From an uncultured Acidobacteriaceae bacterium (lineage in GTDB: Bacteria; Acidobacteriota; Terriglobia; Terriglobales; Acidobacteriaceae): DNA of 64,000 nt. Both the position numbers and the translations under genes were made by a program. The notes under the pieces were generated by a model. It was not told the DNA's origin, searched no databases, and saw only the letters and a program-made list of their open reading frames with translations. How positions within the stretch are numbered: the stretch's first letter is position 1; each line of letters begins with the position of its first letter. Shown in pieces: positions 9,107 to 19,193 of the stretch. The stretch is taken from NCBI GenBank assembly GCA_964247595.1, contig CAXTUW010000016.1, positions 614 through 64,613 on the forward strand, in the 5' to 3' direction.

Positions 9107-11584
9107 CTATTTGACGTGCACCACGCCCTGCGTACCCAGAGCCGGCAAATTCATACCCTTGCTATCTTTTGCTCCAATTTTGACCAGCGACAACGGCGAA
9201 TCGCCTGCTGCCAAGGCTTTGAAGGTCAGCGTGCAAACAATACCAGTCCCGTTCGCACCCGCGATCGCAGGTGGACGTGTGGCCGAGATCGTCACCGTCC
9301 CGTTACCTTCATCACGATGAACCATGGCGACTGGTTGGCTGCCTTGGGCCAGCAGATCTCCGGAGTCTACGTTGACCAATGAGAGCACCCTCGGATCAAA
9401 GCGGATTTGCATGGGCACCTCGGCCAGATCGTGAGCATTACCCGCCGTCACGGAAACCTGAAAGGTCGACCCTACCGCTGGGGCGATTGAAGAGGGTGAG
9501 ATACCCAGGTTCACAGGAGTGGCCGTCGAGTTCGCGGCAGCGACGTTGGACACAGGAGCGCCCGGCATGATTGCCGCCCCCGGCTGACCGGCGGGTGGCC
9601 GAGGCTGGCCAGCAGCGGCGATCTCGCCAATCATGGCATTCGCCGCCTGTGCGGCCGTAGTGTTTGGCTGAGGTGGCGTTATAGGTGAAGCTGCAGCCTT
9701 CGCCATTCCTGGAGTTGTACGGCGGATTAACTCTACAGAATTCCCTGTTCCGGTATAAATCGGTCGCGTATTCTCATCCGTAATCAGCGATTCACGCACA
9801 ATATGCGGGATCAGAAGGAATACGATCTCGTCAGAAATGGTCTCCTTGTTCTGACTCGAAAAGAAATATTTGAAGAATGGAAGTTCGCCAAGTCCCGGCG
9901 TACCGTTCACGCTACGCGTGTCTTGCTTTTGCAGCAAACCAGCTAAAATAGAGGGTTCCCCATCCTTAAGCTGTATTGTCTGTTCTGCAACACGTTGCGC
10001 GATGATTGGCTCAGAAACGCCTGAAATGACGACGGGGGCTAGTTCGCTCGAAATCTCGACTTTGAGCTTAAGCGAGACCTCACGATCAAAGTGCACTGTC
10101 GGTGTCATGTCGATGTTGACGCCTACATCTAGATACGTGAACTGCGTCTGAACGCCAAGAGAAGCAGTTGCCGACAAGGTTGAGCTATAAGAGCCTGTCG
10201 CAACAGGAATCTTCTGTCCGATCTTGAGTTGCGCACGCTGACCATCCGTGGCACGTATTCTTGGGTTTTGCAGCACCCTCGTATCGTTATCGGTCAGCAG
10301 AGCATTCACCTGAGCACCACTTACGGTCACTGCGAAGTTGGTGGCATTTAGGTTGCCAAGGGAGTTCAACGTTAGGTTTGCACTGTTTACGGGAGTCGTG
10401 GTCGCACCGGTGGTAGTGCCGGAACCTGCCGCGCTGGTGGACGTGCTAGCGGAGCTAGTGGTCGCTGTTGGCGTCAGACCAAAGCTCGTCGGTAGCGTGA
10501 TCCCCAGATTGCGCACCTTATCGCGGCTTACCTCGAGCACCGCCACATCCACCACCACCTCGGAACGTGTACGATCCAGATCATTGATCAGCTTCTCCGC
10601 CAGGACCAGCTGGTCCGGGGTAGCGCGCACCACAATGGCGTTCTGGCTGTTTACCAGATAAATCTTCACCGTCGGATCGAGCAGGTTGCGCAGTGCCACC
10701 ATGATCTCGTTGGCATCGTTCTGCTGCGAAACGTTGGTCAGATAGAAGGTCTGCACGGCTAAATCATCCAGGTCCGTGCGCTTGTTGCGGGTATTCTGCG
10801 CGACAAAGATCGTGTTCGTCGTCACCGGCTTCCAAAAGGTGCCGCTCAGCGTCTCCACCACGCGCAACGCGTCGTAAAGCGGCACGCTGGTCAGGTCCAC
10901 GGGGATGCGCTTGGAGGTGTACTCCGGGTCGAAGATCACGTTCAGTCCGGCCAGTTTGCCGATCGCCTGGTAAATATTTTTCGAGTCCTCGACCATGTGC
11001 AAGGTGATCGGGTCATTGCTTACGGGTTCCAACTGCACGGGAGCCGCCAGCGATGCGAGCTCCTGCTGCATCGCCGTCTGGTGAGGGGTCGCCTCGTCCA
11101 CACCGGGGATAAGCGTCTGGCCCGGTGCTGCACTGTTCTCAATGGCCCCAGTTTTGTTTGGAGCCACGGCAGCATTGGGTGGTCGTTCCGTAATCTGCAA
11201 TTCCTGTGCGGCAGACTCATTGCCTGGATCGATCTGCAGCGCACGGGCAAACTCGTTGATCGCGCCGGCCACATCACCGGACTGGCGCAGCACCCGCCCG
11301 CGATCCACATGGAGATTGGCCGCGGTGTAGCGCAAACGCTCATAACGCTCCCGGTACCGTATGTCTCCCGGGGTCTTCAGATGCGCTTGGCGATAGGCCT
11401 CAAAGGCGGCATCATAGTCTTCGCGGTTTTCAGCCGCTAAACCGCGCTTATTCCATGTACCGGCCGACTGCGCCTGTGCCGCCGTCACCAGCAGGCCAAA
11501 CAATAAAAGGGAGGCGCCGCTCAACCGCATGCATCGCATCCAGCGCAGATGTAAGCCTTTGTTTCCCGTCTGGCGATGCATCAT
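9107..11584 (-). CDS. gspD: Secretin (GspD-like) with N-terminal TPR region and C-terminal cohesin-like domain
   Basis: N-domain AGLNVIFD and QTFYL motifs, VVVDVAVLEV, QNPRIRATDG, YLDVGVNIDMTP, PGLGELPFFKYFF. C-terminal QIRFDPRVLSLVNV...GIVCTLTFKA resembles cohesin. Start uncertain (11530, 11584 or 11725). Confidence 0.88.
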   Translation of the reverse strand: MMHRQTGNKGLHLRWMRCMRLSGASLLLFGLLVTAAQAQSAGTWNKRGLAAENREDYDAAFEAYRQAHLKTPGDIRYRERYERLRYTAANLHVDRGRVLRQSGDVAGAINEFARALQIDPGNESAAQELQITERPPNAAVAPNKTGAIENSAAPGQTLIPGVDEATPHQTAMQQELASLAAPVQLEPVSNDPITLHMVEDSKNIYQAIGKLAGLNVIFDPEYTSKRIPVDLTSVPLYDALRVVETLSGTFWKPVTTNTIFVAQNTRNKRTDLDDLAVQTFYLTNVSQQNDANEIMVALRNLLDPTVKIYLVNSQNAIVVRATPDQLVLAEKLINDLDRTRSEVVVDVAVLEVSRDKVRNLGITLPTSFGLTPTATTSSASTSTSAAGSGTTTGATTTPVNSANLTLNSLGNLNATNFAVTVSGAQVNALLTDNDTRVLQNPRIRATDGQRAQLKIGQKIPVATGSYSSTLSATASLGVQTQFTYLDVGVNIDMTPTVHFDREVSLKLKVEISSELAPVVISGVSEPIIAQRVAEQTIQLKDGEPSILAGLLQKQDTRSVNGTPGLGELPFFKYFFSSQNKETISDEIVFLLIPHIVRESLITDENTRPIYTGTGNSVELIRRTTPGMAKAAASPITPPQPNTTAAQAANAMIGEIAAAGQPRPPAGQPGAAIMPGAPVSNVAAANSTATPVNLGISPSSIAPAVGSTFQVSVTAGNAHDLAEVPMQIRFDPRVLSLVNVDSGDLLAQGSQPVAMVHRDEGNGTVTISATRPPAIAGANGTGIVCTLTFKALAAGDSPLSLVKIGAKDSKGMNLPALGTQGVVHVK

Positions 11585-12060
11585 GCTCGCGACCCGTTCT
11601 CCCCTGTCCCGTGCTCCCCACTCCCACGCGGGCCGCACGAACACCGGCGCATGCCCAGAGGTTGGCGCCAGCTTGGCCAGTTTCGCGTCTCCGAGCAGTG
11701 GATCGGGCTTTCCAGATACTACCATTCGTGCCTTTGCGCTCCCTGCCCGGCGTGGCGTACCGGTGTCTTGGTTGAGACCTCCCGGGTGGTCAAGAACAAC
11801 AGGATTTATGTCGTCCGCTTGCTTTTATTGGACCAGCAACCGTGCCATCTGGAACATGCTGCTTGGACGGAACGGAACACCTATCGTTTCGTCGGGGTGC
11901 CTCATCTAGGCCCTACCACTTTCGTTCTCCCCGGCACCATCCGTTTGCGCAAAGGGACATCCCGTGCAGCGGGACTGGGTCTGCTAGCATCCGATACCGG
12001 AATGCTTCGCGTGAACTCCTTTTACAAAGGGGTCCGACAAGCGCCTGCAGCCCCAGCTTT

Positions 12061-12603
12061 ATGCCTCGTTCGCTATCCAACCCGACCGTTCCGACGCAAA
12101 CGCGGCCAGCGCCCGTCAAGGCCAAGGACCGCGACCCAATCGCCATGGGTTCGCGTGATGCCGCCTTCAATCGCTCGGCGAGCTTCAACTACTTTCTCGA
12201 AGACCGTTTCGAAGCCGGCGTCGCCCTGCGCGGCACGGAGGTCAAGAGCATTCGCGAGGGCAAGGCCAACCTCAAGGACGCCTACGGCCTGCTAAAGGAC
12301 GGTGAGTGCTTTCTGCTCAACGCCCACATCGGTGCCTTCACCCACGGCAATACCATGAATCATGAGGAACTACGCACCCGCAAACTCCTGCTGCACAAGC
12401 GCGAGATCGAAAAGCTGTTTGCCGCCACCAAGCAAAAGGGCTACACCCTTATCCCGGTGCGCCTTTACTTCCGCCACGGCCGGGTGAAGTGCGAAATCGC
12501 CCTCGCCAAGGGCAAACAGGATTGGGACAAACGCGCCACGGAACGCAAACGCGAGACCGACAAAGAGACCCGCGCCGCCATCGCCCGTTCCCAACGGCGC
12601 TGA
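12061..12603 (+). CDS. smpB: SsrA-binding protein
   Basis: FEAGVALRGTEVKSIR, RKLLLHKREI, LAKGKQDWDKR; start at ATG 12061 (ORF track extends upstream). Confidence 0.96.
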   Translation: MPRSLSNPTVPTQTRPAPVKAKDRDPIAMGSRDAAFNRSASFNYFLEDRFEAGVALRGTEVKSIREGKANLKDAYGLLKDGECFLLNAHIGAFTHGNTMNHEELRTRKLLLHKREIEKLFAATKQKGYTLIPVRLYFRHGRVKCEIALAKGKQDWDKRATERKRETDKETRAAIARSQRR

Positions 12604-12658
12604 GCGCCCATATGCAAATTTGCTTCTCACCCCATGGCTGCTTTGCCATGATGGGGAC

Positions 12659-12947
12659 ATGGACCGCGACCACGTCCTCGCCATTCTCCGCGCGCATAAA
12701 CCGGAGCTCCGCGCCGCCGGCGTAGAACACCTTCGCCTCTTTGGCTCCGTCGCCCGCGGCGACCAGACAACCGAATCTGACGTAGACGTTGCCCTTGAGC
12801 TCTACCCCGACGCAAAGCTGGGTTCGCTTTGGGCGGACTTCATGCGGACCTGAGTGACTGGTTGAGGGTGAAGGTCGACGTTCTTGTGCTTGGCCACCTT
12901 CGTCCAGCTACACGAACGCATTCAGAACGAGGGTATATGCCTTTTGA
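12659..12947 (+). pseudogene. Minimal nucleotidyltransferase (MNT) antitoxin, frameshifted
   Basis: LRLFGSVARGD..ESDVDV (GS/DxD) motif. The frame stops at 12853, but the homologous-looking sequence continues in another frame (GGLHADLSDWL..KVDV). A second shift occurs before the ATGCCTTTTGA overlap with the HEPN gene. Confidence 0.8.
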
Positions 12948-13309
12948 CGACTACCCTCAATATTTTCTCGATATCCTGACCTGCATCGCCAACATACGGG
13001 ATTTCTGGGCGGGGTTGATGATTACCCAGATACGCTTAGATCGCAAAACAGAAGCGGCCATCGAACGCGAACTTCAGATCATCACGGAAGCCGGCTGCTC
13101 GTTTGGGAACACAGGCATCGATTCTCTGCCCAGATGTGAATTGGCACGAGATTCAGGGTCTTGGTAACGTTCTGCGCCAGGCCTACGATCGCCTGAACCC
13201 GCAAGTTATGCACACAATTCTGGAACATGATTCACCTGCGCTTGAGCTACAGGCCAGCTCTGCGCTTGATCGTTTGGCGGACCAACATAGGGCTTCGCAT
13301 TTACCATAA
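12937..13309 (+). pseudogene. HEPN/DUF86 toxin, frameshifted
   Basis: MPFDDYPQYFLDIL...AAIERELQIITEA, shifts near 13092 into LCPDVNWHEIQGLGNVLRQAYDRLN. The usual His of this motif reads Gln. Confidence 0.78.
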
Positions 13310-13313
13310 CTTT

Positions 13314-14867
13314 GTGACCGCCAAGCTCCTCTTCCAAGACCCCGCAGCCTTCACCGCGCCGCTACTCGCCGTCTTTGCCGTCGACATCGCCTCCGGTACC
13401 GGCAATGATTCCTCTCCCGCCCTGCTCACCACCTCTGACGCCCTCGCCGACGCCGCGGCGCGCTGGCTCACGACGGGCGAGTTCAAAGCCTCACTCGGTG
13501 AAACACTTCTGCTGCACGGCCCAGGCAACACCGCCGCCGAACGCCTGGTCGTCATCGGTCTGGGCAAGGTCAAGTCGCTCACCCCGCACGAGGTCCGCAA
13601 GGGTGCCGGCACCGCCGTCCGCTTCGCCAAAGCGCGTGGCATCCGCGAGCTCGCCATTGCCTTTCCGGAGGACCGTGCCCTCGCCGACGAGCACCTCGAT
13701 ACCCTGCCCTGCGAACTGACCGCACGCGCCCTCGTGGAGGGTGCCTTGATCGCCGACTTCGACATCAACACCTACCGTTCGGATCGCAAGGACCAATCGA
13801 TCGCGAATCTCACCTTGCTGAGCACCGAGGCCGAACGGAAGAGTCAAATCGAGATGGGGCACGGCTTCGACGAGGGCCTCATCGTCGGCGAGGCCCAGAA
13901 CTTCGCCCGCTCCCTCGTCAACGAGCCCGGCAACGTCCTTACCCCGACCGAACTCGGCAAACGCTCCGCCGCCATGGCCGCCGAAGTCGGCCTCACCTGT
14001 GAGGTCGGCTCTACCGCAAAACTTCAGGAGCTCGGCATGGGGGCCTTCCTGGCCGTCGCCCAGGGATCCTCCGAACCACCCGCCCTCATCGTCCTTCGCT
14101 ATGAACCCGCAACCGCCCCCGACGCAGGCCGGCCTATCATCGGACTCGTCGGCAAGGGCATCACCTTCGACACCGGCGGCATCTCCATCAAGCCCGCCGA
14201 GAACATGGACAAGATGAAGTACGACATGGCCGGGGCCGCCGCCATGCTGGGGGCCATGCGCGCCATCGCCCAACTCAAGCCCGCCGTGCGCGTGCTCTGC
14301 ATCGTCTGCTCCGCCGAAAACATGCCCGACGCCCGCGCCTACAAGCCCGGCGACGTTCTCACCGCCATGTCCGGCAAAACCATCGAGGTCCTCAACACCG
14401 ACGCCGAAGGCCGCCTCGTGCTCGCCGACGGGCTCCACTACGCCCAGCGGCTCGGCGCCACCACCCTCATCGATGCCGCCACGCTCACCGGCGCCATCGG
14501 CGTCGCGCTCGGCCAGCTCAACGCTGGCCTCTTCTCCAACGACGACGCTACCGCCGCGCAGTACCTCGCCACCACGAGCATCACCGGCGAAAAATTCTGG
14601 CGCATGCCGTGCACCGACGACTACCGCGACCAGATCAAAAGCGCCATCGCCGATATCCAAAACACCGGCAACTCCCGCTACGGCGGCTCCATCACCGCCG
14701 CCATGTTCCTGAAAGAATTCGTCGGCGACACGCCCCTCATTCCCTGGATCCACCTCGACATCGCCAGCACCGCCTGGATCGACACCGACAAAGCCTGGCA
14801 ATCTAAAGGTCCCAGCGGGGTCGCCGTCCGCACGATTGCGGAGTGGGTGCGGAGCTACGCCCGATAG
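13314..14867 (+). CDS. pepA: Leucyl aminopeptidase (M17)
   Basis: LVGKGITFDTGGISIK, MKYDMAGAA and NTDAEGRLVLAD motifs; start placed at GTG 13314. Confidence 0.96.
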   Translation: MTAKLLFQDPAAFTAPLLAVFAVDIASGTGNDSSPALLTTSDALADAAARWLTTGEFKASLGETLLLHGPGNTAAERLVVIGLGKVKSLTPHEVRKGAGTAVRFAKARGIRELAIAFPEDRALADEHLDTLPCELTARALVEGALIADFDINTYRSDRKDQSIANLTLLSTEAERKSQIEMGHGFDEGLIVGEAQNFARSLVNEPGNVLTPTELGKRSAAMAAEVGLTCEVGSTAKLQELGMGAFLAVAQGSSEPPALIVLRYEPATAPDAGRPIIGLVGKGITFDTGGISIKPAENMDKMKYDMAGAAAMLGAMRAIAQLKPAVRVLCIVCSAENMPDARAYKPGDVLTAMSGKTIEVLNTDAEGRLVLADGLHYAQRLGATTLIDAATLTGAIGVALGQLNAGLFSNDDATAAQYLATTSITGEKFWRMPCTDDYRDQIKSAIADIQNTGNSRYGGSITAAMFLKEFVGDTPLIPWIHLDIASTAWIDTDKAWQSKGPSGVAVRTIAEWVRSYAR

Positions 14868-15053
14868 GTTGACATGCCAGGCTTGAGTAGTAGCTTTCAT
14901 AAAGGCAGGCATTTTCACTTTATGATGTAATAAGTTCCACTTCACTGACATTGAATCGATGATTACGGAAATTTCAAGACTTGTCTCTGCCCCAGATTAC
15001 CCACAGAGTACCAATCGCACAGAGTAGGATCTATCCCGCTCGGGATATTACAG

Positions 15054-15790
15054 CTACAGCCACAGCTTCGCGGGTGTTTGTGAATCAAAATTCACGTAGA
15101 TAGGAAGTGGCGACCAACCTTCCTTCAGATCAACTGCCGAGTTGCTCACTCCTTTACGCGAATCTCCGATTTCAAGAAAGACATCGTATATAGTTTTGCT
15201 AGCCTCGCCACCTTGTGCATCCATCACCGAAGATCTATAACGGAAAACATTTCCGTTCACATCTGTAATTTTTGACAGCCGGTAGTCTAACGAGATTGCA
15301 GTAATGCCTACCTGACTAAGGGTATAAAGCTCCTCAGGTTGGGACTGACCATCGTGATTGAGATCAACCCAAACCCGCAATTTGGGAAAGATCGCGTCAT
15401 CACTCGTTATCCAACCGTCGCCATTACCGCCTTCACCTGGCGTATCGTACACAGCGAGCGCGGCAAAGCCGTTTTTCTGCTTTCCTGACGGCGGTTGTGG
15501 CTGCACTGTTAGGTTTCCAAACAGTTCGCCAAAATCGTCGATCGTTCCATTCCCGTTTCGGTCTAGGGCAAGCCAGCCATTGTGGGCACCTTCGATAGGC
15601 CACGAAATTTGATATTGTTCCGCAATTCCGGGAAACAAACTAAACCAAACTCCATCTATCGGGCCGCTAAGATGAATCCCTGCCCTGTTGAGGCTATGAA
15701 ACTGCGTGCTGGGTCCTGTTCACACATGTTTCCATGTGGATGAGTGGGCTCTACGCTGTCGTAGGCCAGCGATAAGCGTAGCCGAACGAC
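15054..15790 (-). pseudogene. EF-hand-like calcium-binding (RTX/FrpC-type) protein, probably 5'-decayed
   Basis: WLALDRNGNGTIDDFGELFGN and WVDLNHDGQSQPEELYTL motifs in the 15054-15638 ORF. Upstream, TGQGF and HLSGPIDGVWF lie in different frames (shift near 15675) and stops occur in all frames beyond. The 5' boundary is approximate. Confidence 0.55.
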
Positions 15791-16136
15791 CTTGCTTGTT
15801 TTCTTCTACACTGCCAAAATGCTTGCTGGACAAGTAGACCTCACCGGGAAGCGGAATGTTTGTCTTTTCTAGAAGATCCTCTTGCTGTTGTAGAAGTTAT
15901 TGGGTGAACTGTTTGGATCAACACCGAAAAGCCTGGGAAAACAAAGCCAAACGGCATTGGCGTTCGCGCGAATCATGAGCGGGGCGAAGCTACGCAGAGT
16001 AGCTTTGGCAGAAAGGTCGGCCTAGCGCTCAAGGCGATCATTTACGCCCTAGGCTCATCAACCAACTTTGGAGAAACGGTCCAAAGATGCTCCATACCAA
16101 AAACCATCATTCGTCTCTTCAGACAAGGGACCGTAT

Positions 16137-16799
16137 CTATTTCTTTTCTGAGAATGGCTTGCGAAGAAGAGCATCTATCGCTGCGTCACAAAGCCATCTC
16201 TCCGCTTTGTCGTAATCCCAACCGTTCTCCACGTGTAGGGTGTAAAGCCCCCAGTAGCCGAAATAGAACCACAGCACATCGACTGCATGATTTTCACCAA
16301 TACCTTCAAGCAGCGCCTCCAGTTGCATCAATCGCTGGGCAACGGCACGGATGGAATTTCGATAGCGGGACGTGGCAAGACTGAGGCTCTCTGCGACGTC
16401 CTTGTCGTGCGGAGCCGTTGCAAGCATCAGGATGATGAGATCGCCGAAGTCTTCTCGAAGCTTACGGGCGGTACTCGCCACGACACGCATGATCTCCACG
16501 GGATCGTGCAATTCGAGCATGGTCTCGTAGCATGACTCAATGACGGGGGCCGTGCTGCATTCGTCGGTGAGCGTCCGCAGAAGGCCGACCTTACCCCCAG
16601 CCGCGACATAGACCGTGATCGGGGCTACTTTGGCCAGTTTGGCTATGTCGTCTACGGTAGTCGCAAAGTAGCCACGTTTACTGAACAACTCTCGTGCGGC
16701 CGACATGATGGCCTGTCGCGTTTGTTCGGCATACTGTTCTCTTCGACCTCCCCCCTGGCTAACTACCTTGCCTTTGGGTTTCTTTTTCTCTAATTGCAA
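16137..16799 (-). CDS. TetR/AcrR family transcriptional regulator
   Basis: TRQAIMSAARELFSKRGYFATTVDDIAKLAKVAPITVY helix-turn-helix. Confidence 0.93.
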   Translation of the reverse strand: MQLEKKKPKGKVVSQGGGRREQYAEQTRQAIMSAARELFSKRGYFATTVDDIAKLAKVAPITVYVAAGGKVGLLRTLTDECSTAPVIESCYETMLELHDPVEIMRVVASTARKLREDFGDLIILMLATAPHDKDVAESLSLATSRYRNSIRAVAQRLMQLEALLEGIGENHAVDVLWFYFGYWGLYTLHVENGWDYDKAERWLCDAAIDALLRKPFSEKK

Positions 16800-17265
16800 T
16801 GTGACCTCGGGTCTAACGCATCCTTCAACACGTGGTTGCTGACTTGGTGGAAAATGGCGTCCTCACAGTCGCCGGTGTTCGAAGGGCACCATAGCCTCTG
16901 CGCGCGCGTACTCACAATAGCGCAAACACATGTGGGTAGACCAGAACGTGCCGACACACGACAGGCCTGCGGCAATCTGTGGCGAGTCTATGGCGATCCT
17001 GGACGAGTGGTGGCCCTGAGACCCCACTCGACGGCTCTGCCGAGCGTAAATCCTGAAACAAACAAACACTTTGCTAAGTATAGTAATGCTATTATGAGCG
17101 TGGCCGAGGTTTGGAGACCTTGACTCGGTGCCGGCATCCCCCCTGCACCGAACAGCGACGTCGCAACTGCGCCTGGACACAAGATCGCAGTGAAACAGCA
17201 AAGCGCACCCGCAACCCTCGATGCAGCAGGCGAGGCTGTTCCGAACGCATAAGGAGAACTCCAGC

Positions 17266-19005
17266 ATGTCCCATCACATCTATAGCCGCACCTTGGTAGG
17301 CAGTGAAACGAGAGCAACATCCTCGAAGGAACTGCTGACCCGCTCCGCCGAGAGAACCTGGCGCATGGCCCCTGCCTGGCTACGGCTCTGTCTTCCCCCT
17401 GTCATGGCCACCGCAATGGCTCTGAATGCGTTAGCCCAAAGCGAGGGCAAGTTACCCGATCACTCCCCGGAGACGTGGACCGCTGACTCGTGGGGACATG
17501 AATGGTCCAGTGCCGGCAATGGGGCAACAGATAATCACTTCAACCCTTACGAGAGATTGCTGAATCCTCTCACAGTGAAAGGTCTTACCCCTCGCTGGAT
17601 TTTCTCAGCTGCCGGGGAGGTCCAGGGTACGCCGACGGTTGAAGAGCACAGCGTCTACGCCTCTGATAACGGCGGATCGGTGTGGCGGATTGATGCGACT
17701 TCCGGCAAAGCAATTTGGCAAACGAAGTTGCCTAGCATCACGGGGAACCCCGCATCGTACTCCCGTGTCAGCCCCGCCCTCGACGATGATCTCGTGGTGG
17801 TCGGCGATCAAGCGTCCGCTGCCTTGATCGCCCTCTCGAAGGAAACGGGTGCACTCGTTTGGAAGACGACAGTCGCCACAAATCCCTATGCCTTCATCAC
17901 ATCCTCCCCGGTGATTGTGCATGGTCGGGTGTACGTTGGCGTCTCTTCCAACCAAGAGTACGCGGCCACGGTCGTGCCCGGATTCAAGGTGGATTTTCGC
18001 GGCTCGGTCGCCGCTCTTGGCGGACACGACGGTAAACTTCTCTGGCAAACGTATACCGTCCCGAATGGGTATACGGGCGGTTCAGTATGGTCAAGCAATC
18101 TGGCGGTCGATTCGCGCCGGGAGGCAGTGTACGTGGACACCGGCAACAACTACTCCGTGCCGAGCTCCGTCGCCGCGTGCCAAAGTGACGCAACCACGGA
18201 TGCGCAGCTGGATGCATGTCTCGATCCGAACGATCACATCGACAGCATTCTTTCGCTCAATAGCGAGACCGGCACGGTGAAGTGGGCAAAACGGTTCACG
18301 GTATTGGACACTGCGATCGATACGTGTGTGAACGTGATCCAGAATCCGGCGAATCCGTGCCCCACACCGAGCGGCAAGGACTACGATTTCGGTTCCGCAC
18401 CCAACCTGTTTACGGCAGGTACGAAAACATCTAAAGAAGATTTAGTCGGCGCGGGACAGAAGAACGGCGTGTACTGGGCGCTGGATCGCGATTCAGGAAA
18501 GATTGTCTGGTCGACGCAGGTCGGTCCGGGTGGGCGATACGGCGGTATCGAATACGGTACGGCCACCGATGGCAAGAGAATCTACGTTCCCGAAGGAAAC
18601 TACAACTACGTAGAAACAACGCTCGTCTCAGGGCAACAGACCAACGGCGGCTATTGGTCCGCACTCGACCCAGCAACGGGAAAGATCCAGTGGCAGACAC
18701 CAACACCCGCTTTGGCGGTGAATGATTCACTCTTCGCCAAAACAATTCTCGCTCCTCCTCCGGGCGCTTACGCGGGTACCCCTGGCTCGGTGAGTGTCGC
18801 AAATGGTGTCATGTACGGAGAAGATCAGGCTGGGAACTTTCTTGCTCTGGATGCAGCCAGCGGTGAGATTCTGCGGATCTTTCCCAGTGGAGGCACATCG
18901 ATCTCGGCTCCCGCAATCGTCGATGGGACCCTCTACTGGAGTTCCGGTTACCAACTACTCGGCGCAACGAATAACAAAATCTACGCTCTGAGCTTCACGC
19001 CGTAG
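17266..19005 (+). CDS. PQQ-binding beta-propeller, polyvinyl-alcohol-dehydrogenase-like (no cytochrome c domain)
   Basis: Repeated Trp-docking motifs (ATSGKAIWQ, ETGALVWK, DSGKIVWS), SSPVIVHGRVYVG, GGSVWS, DYDFGSAPNL, GQKNG; AAGGAG RBS before ATG 17266; no CxxCH. Confidence 0.8.
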   Translation: MSHHIYSRTLVGSETRATSSKELLTRSAERTWRMAPAWLRLCLPPVMATAMALNALAQSEGKLPDHSPETWTADSWGHEWSSAGNGATDNHFNPYERLLNPLTVKGLTPRWIFSAAGEVQGTPTVEEHSVYASDNGGSVWRIDATSGKAIWQTKLPSITGNPASYSRVSPALDDDLVVVGDQASAALIALSKETGALVWKTTVATNPYAFITSSPVIVHGRVYVGVSSNQEYAATVVPGFKVDFRGSVAALGGHDGKLLWQTYTVPNGYTGGSVWSSNLAVDSRREAVYVDTGNNYSVPSSVAACQSDATTDAQLDACLDPNDHIDSILSLNSETGTVKWAKRFTVLDTAIDTCVNVIQNPANPCPTPSGKDYDFGSAPNLFTAGTKTSKEDLVGAGQKNGVYWALDRDSGKIVWSTQVGPGGRYGGIEYGTATDGKRIYVPEGNYNYVETTLVSGQQTNGGYWSALDPATGKIQWQTPTPALAVNDSLFAKTILAPPPGAYAGTPGSVSVANGVMYGEDQAGNFLALDAASGEILRIFPSGGTSISAPAIVDGTLYWSSGYQLLGATNNKIYALSFTP

Positions 19006-19193
19006 ACCCAAAGCGTCGGCCGCCTGGCCCCTCTCAATGTGCACGACAACCTCGTGCCTTTGGGTGGGGCTGTCGCGATATTAGAGGTACAGAGCAGCAC
19101 ATGAAAGAGGAAAATTGCCCAAGGAGCCCCTCTCAGCGCTAGCGGCCAACCAAGCCCTTCTAGAAGACGAAGACGGTACCACCAACTCGCTTC

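Noticed and set aside
8113-9114. 333-aa plus-strand ORF
   Set aside because: Antisense to two pseudopilins with clear motifs.
11842-12060. N-terminal extension of the smpB ORF
   Set aside because: Falls in the divergent promoter gap; SmpB similarity begins only after ATG 12061.
13491-14951. 486-aa minus-strand ORF
   Set aside because: Mirror of GC3-biased pepA; no family signal.
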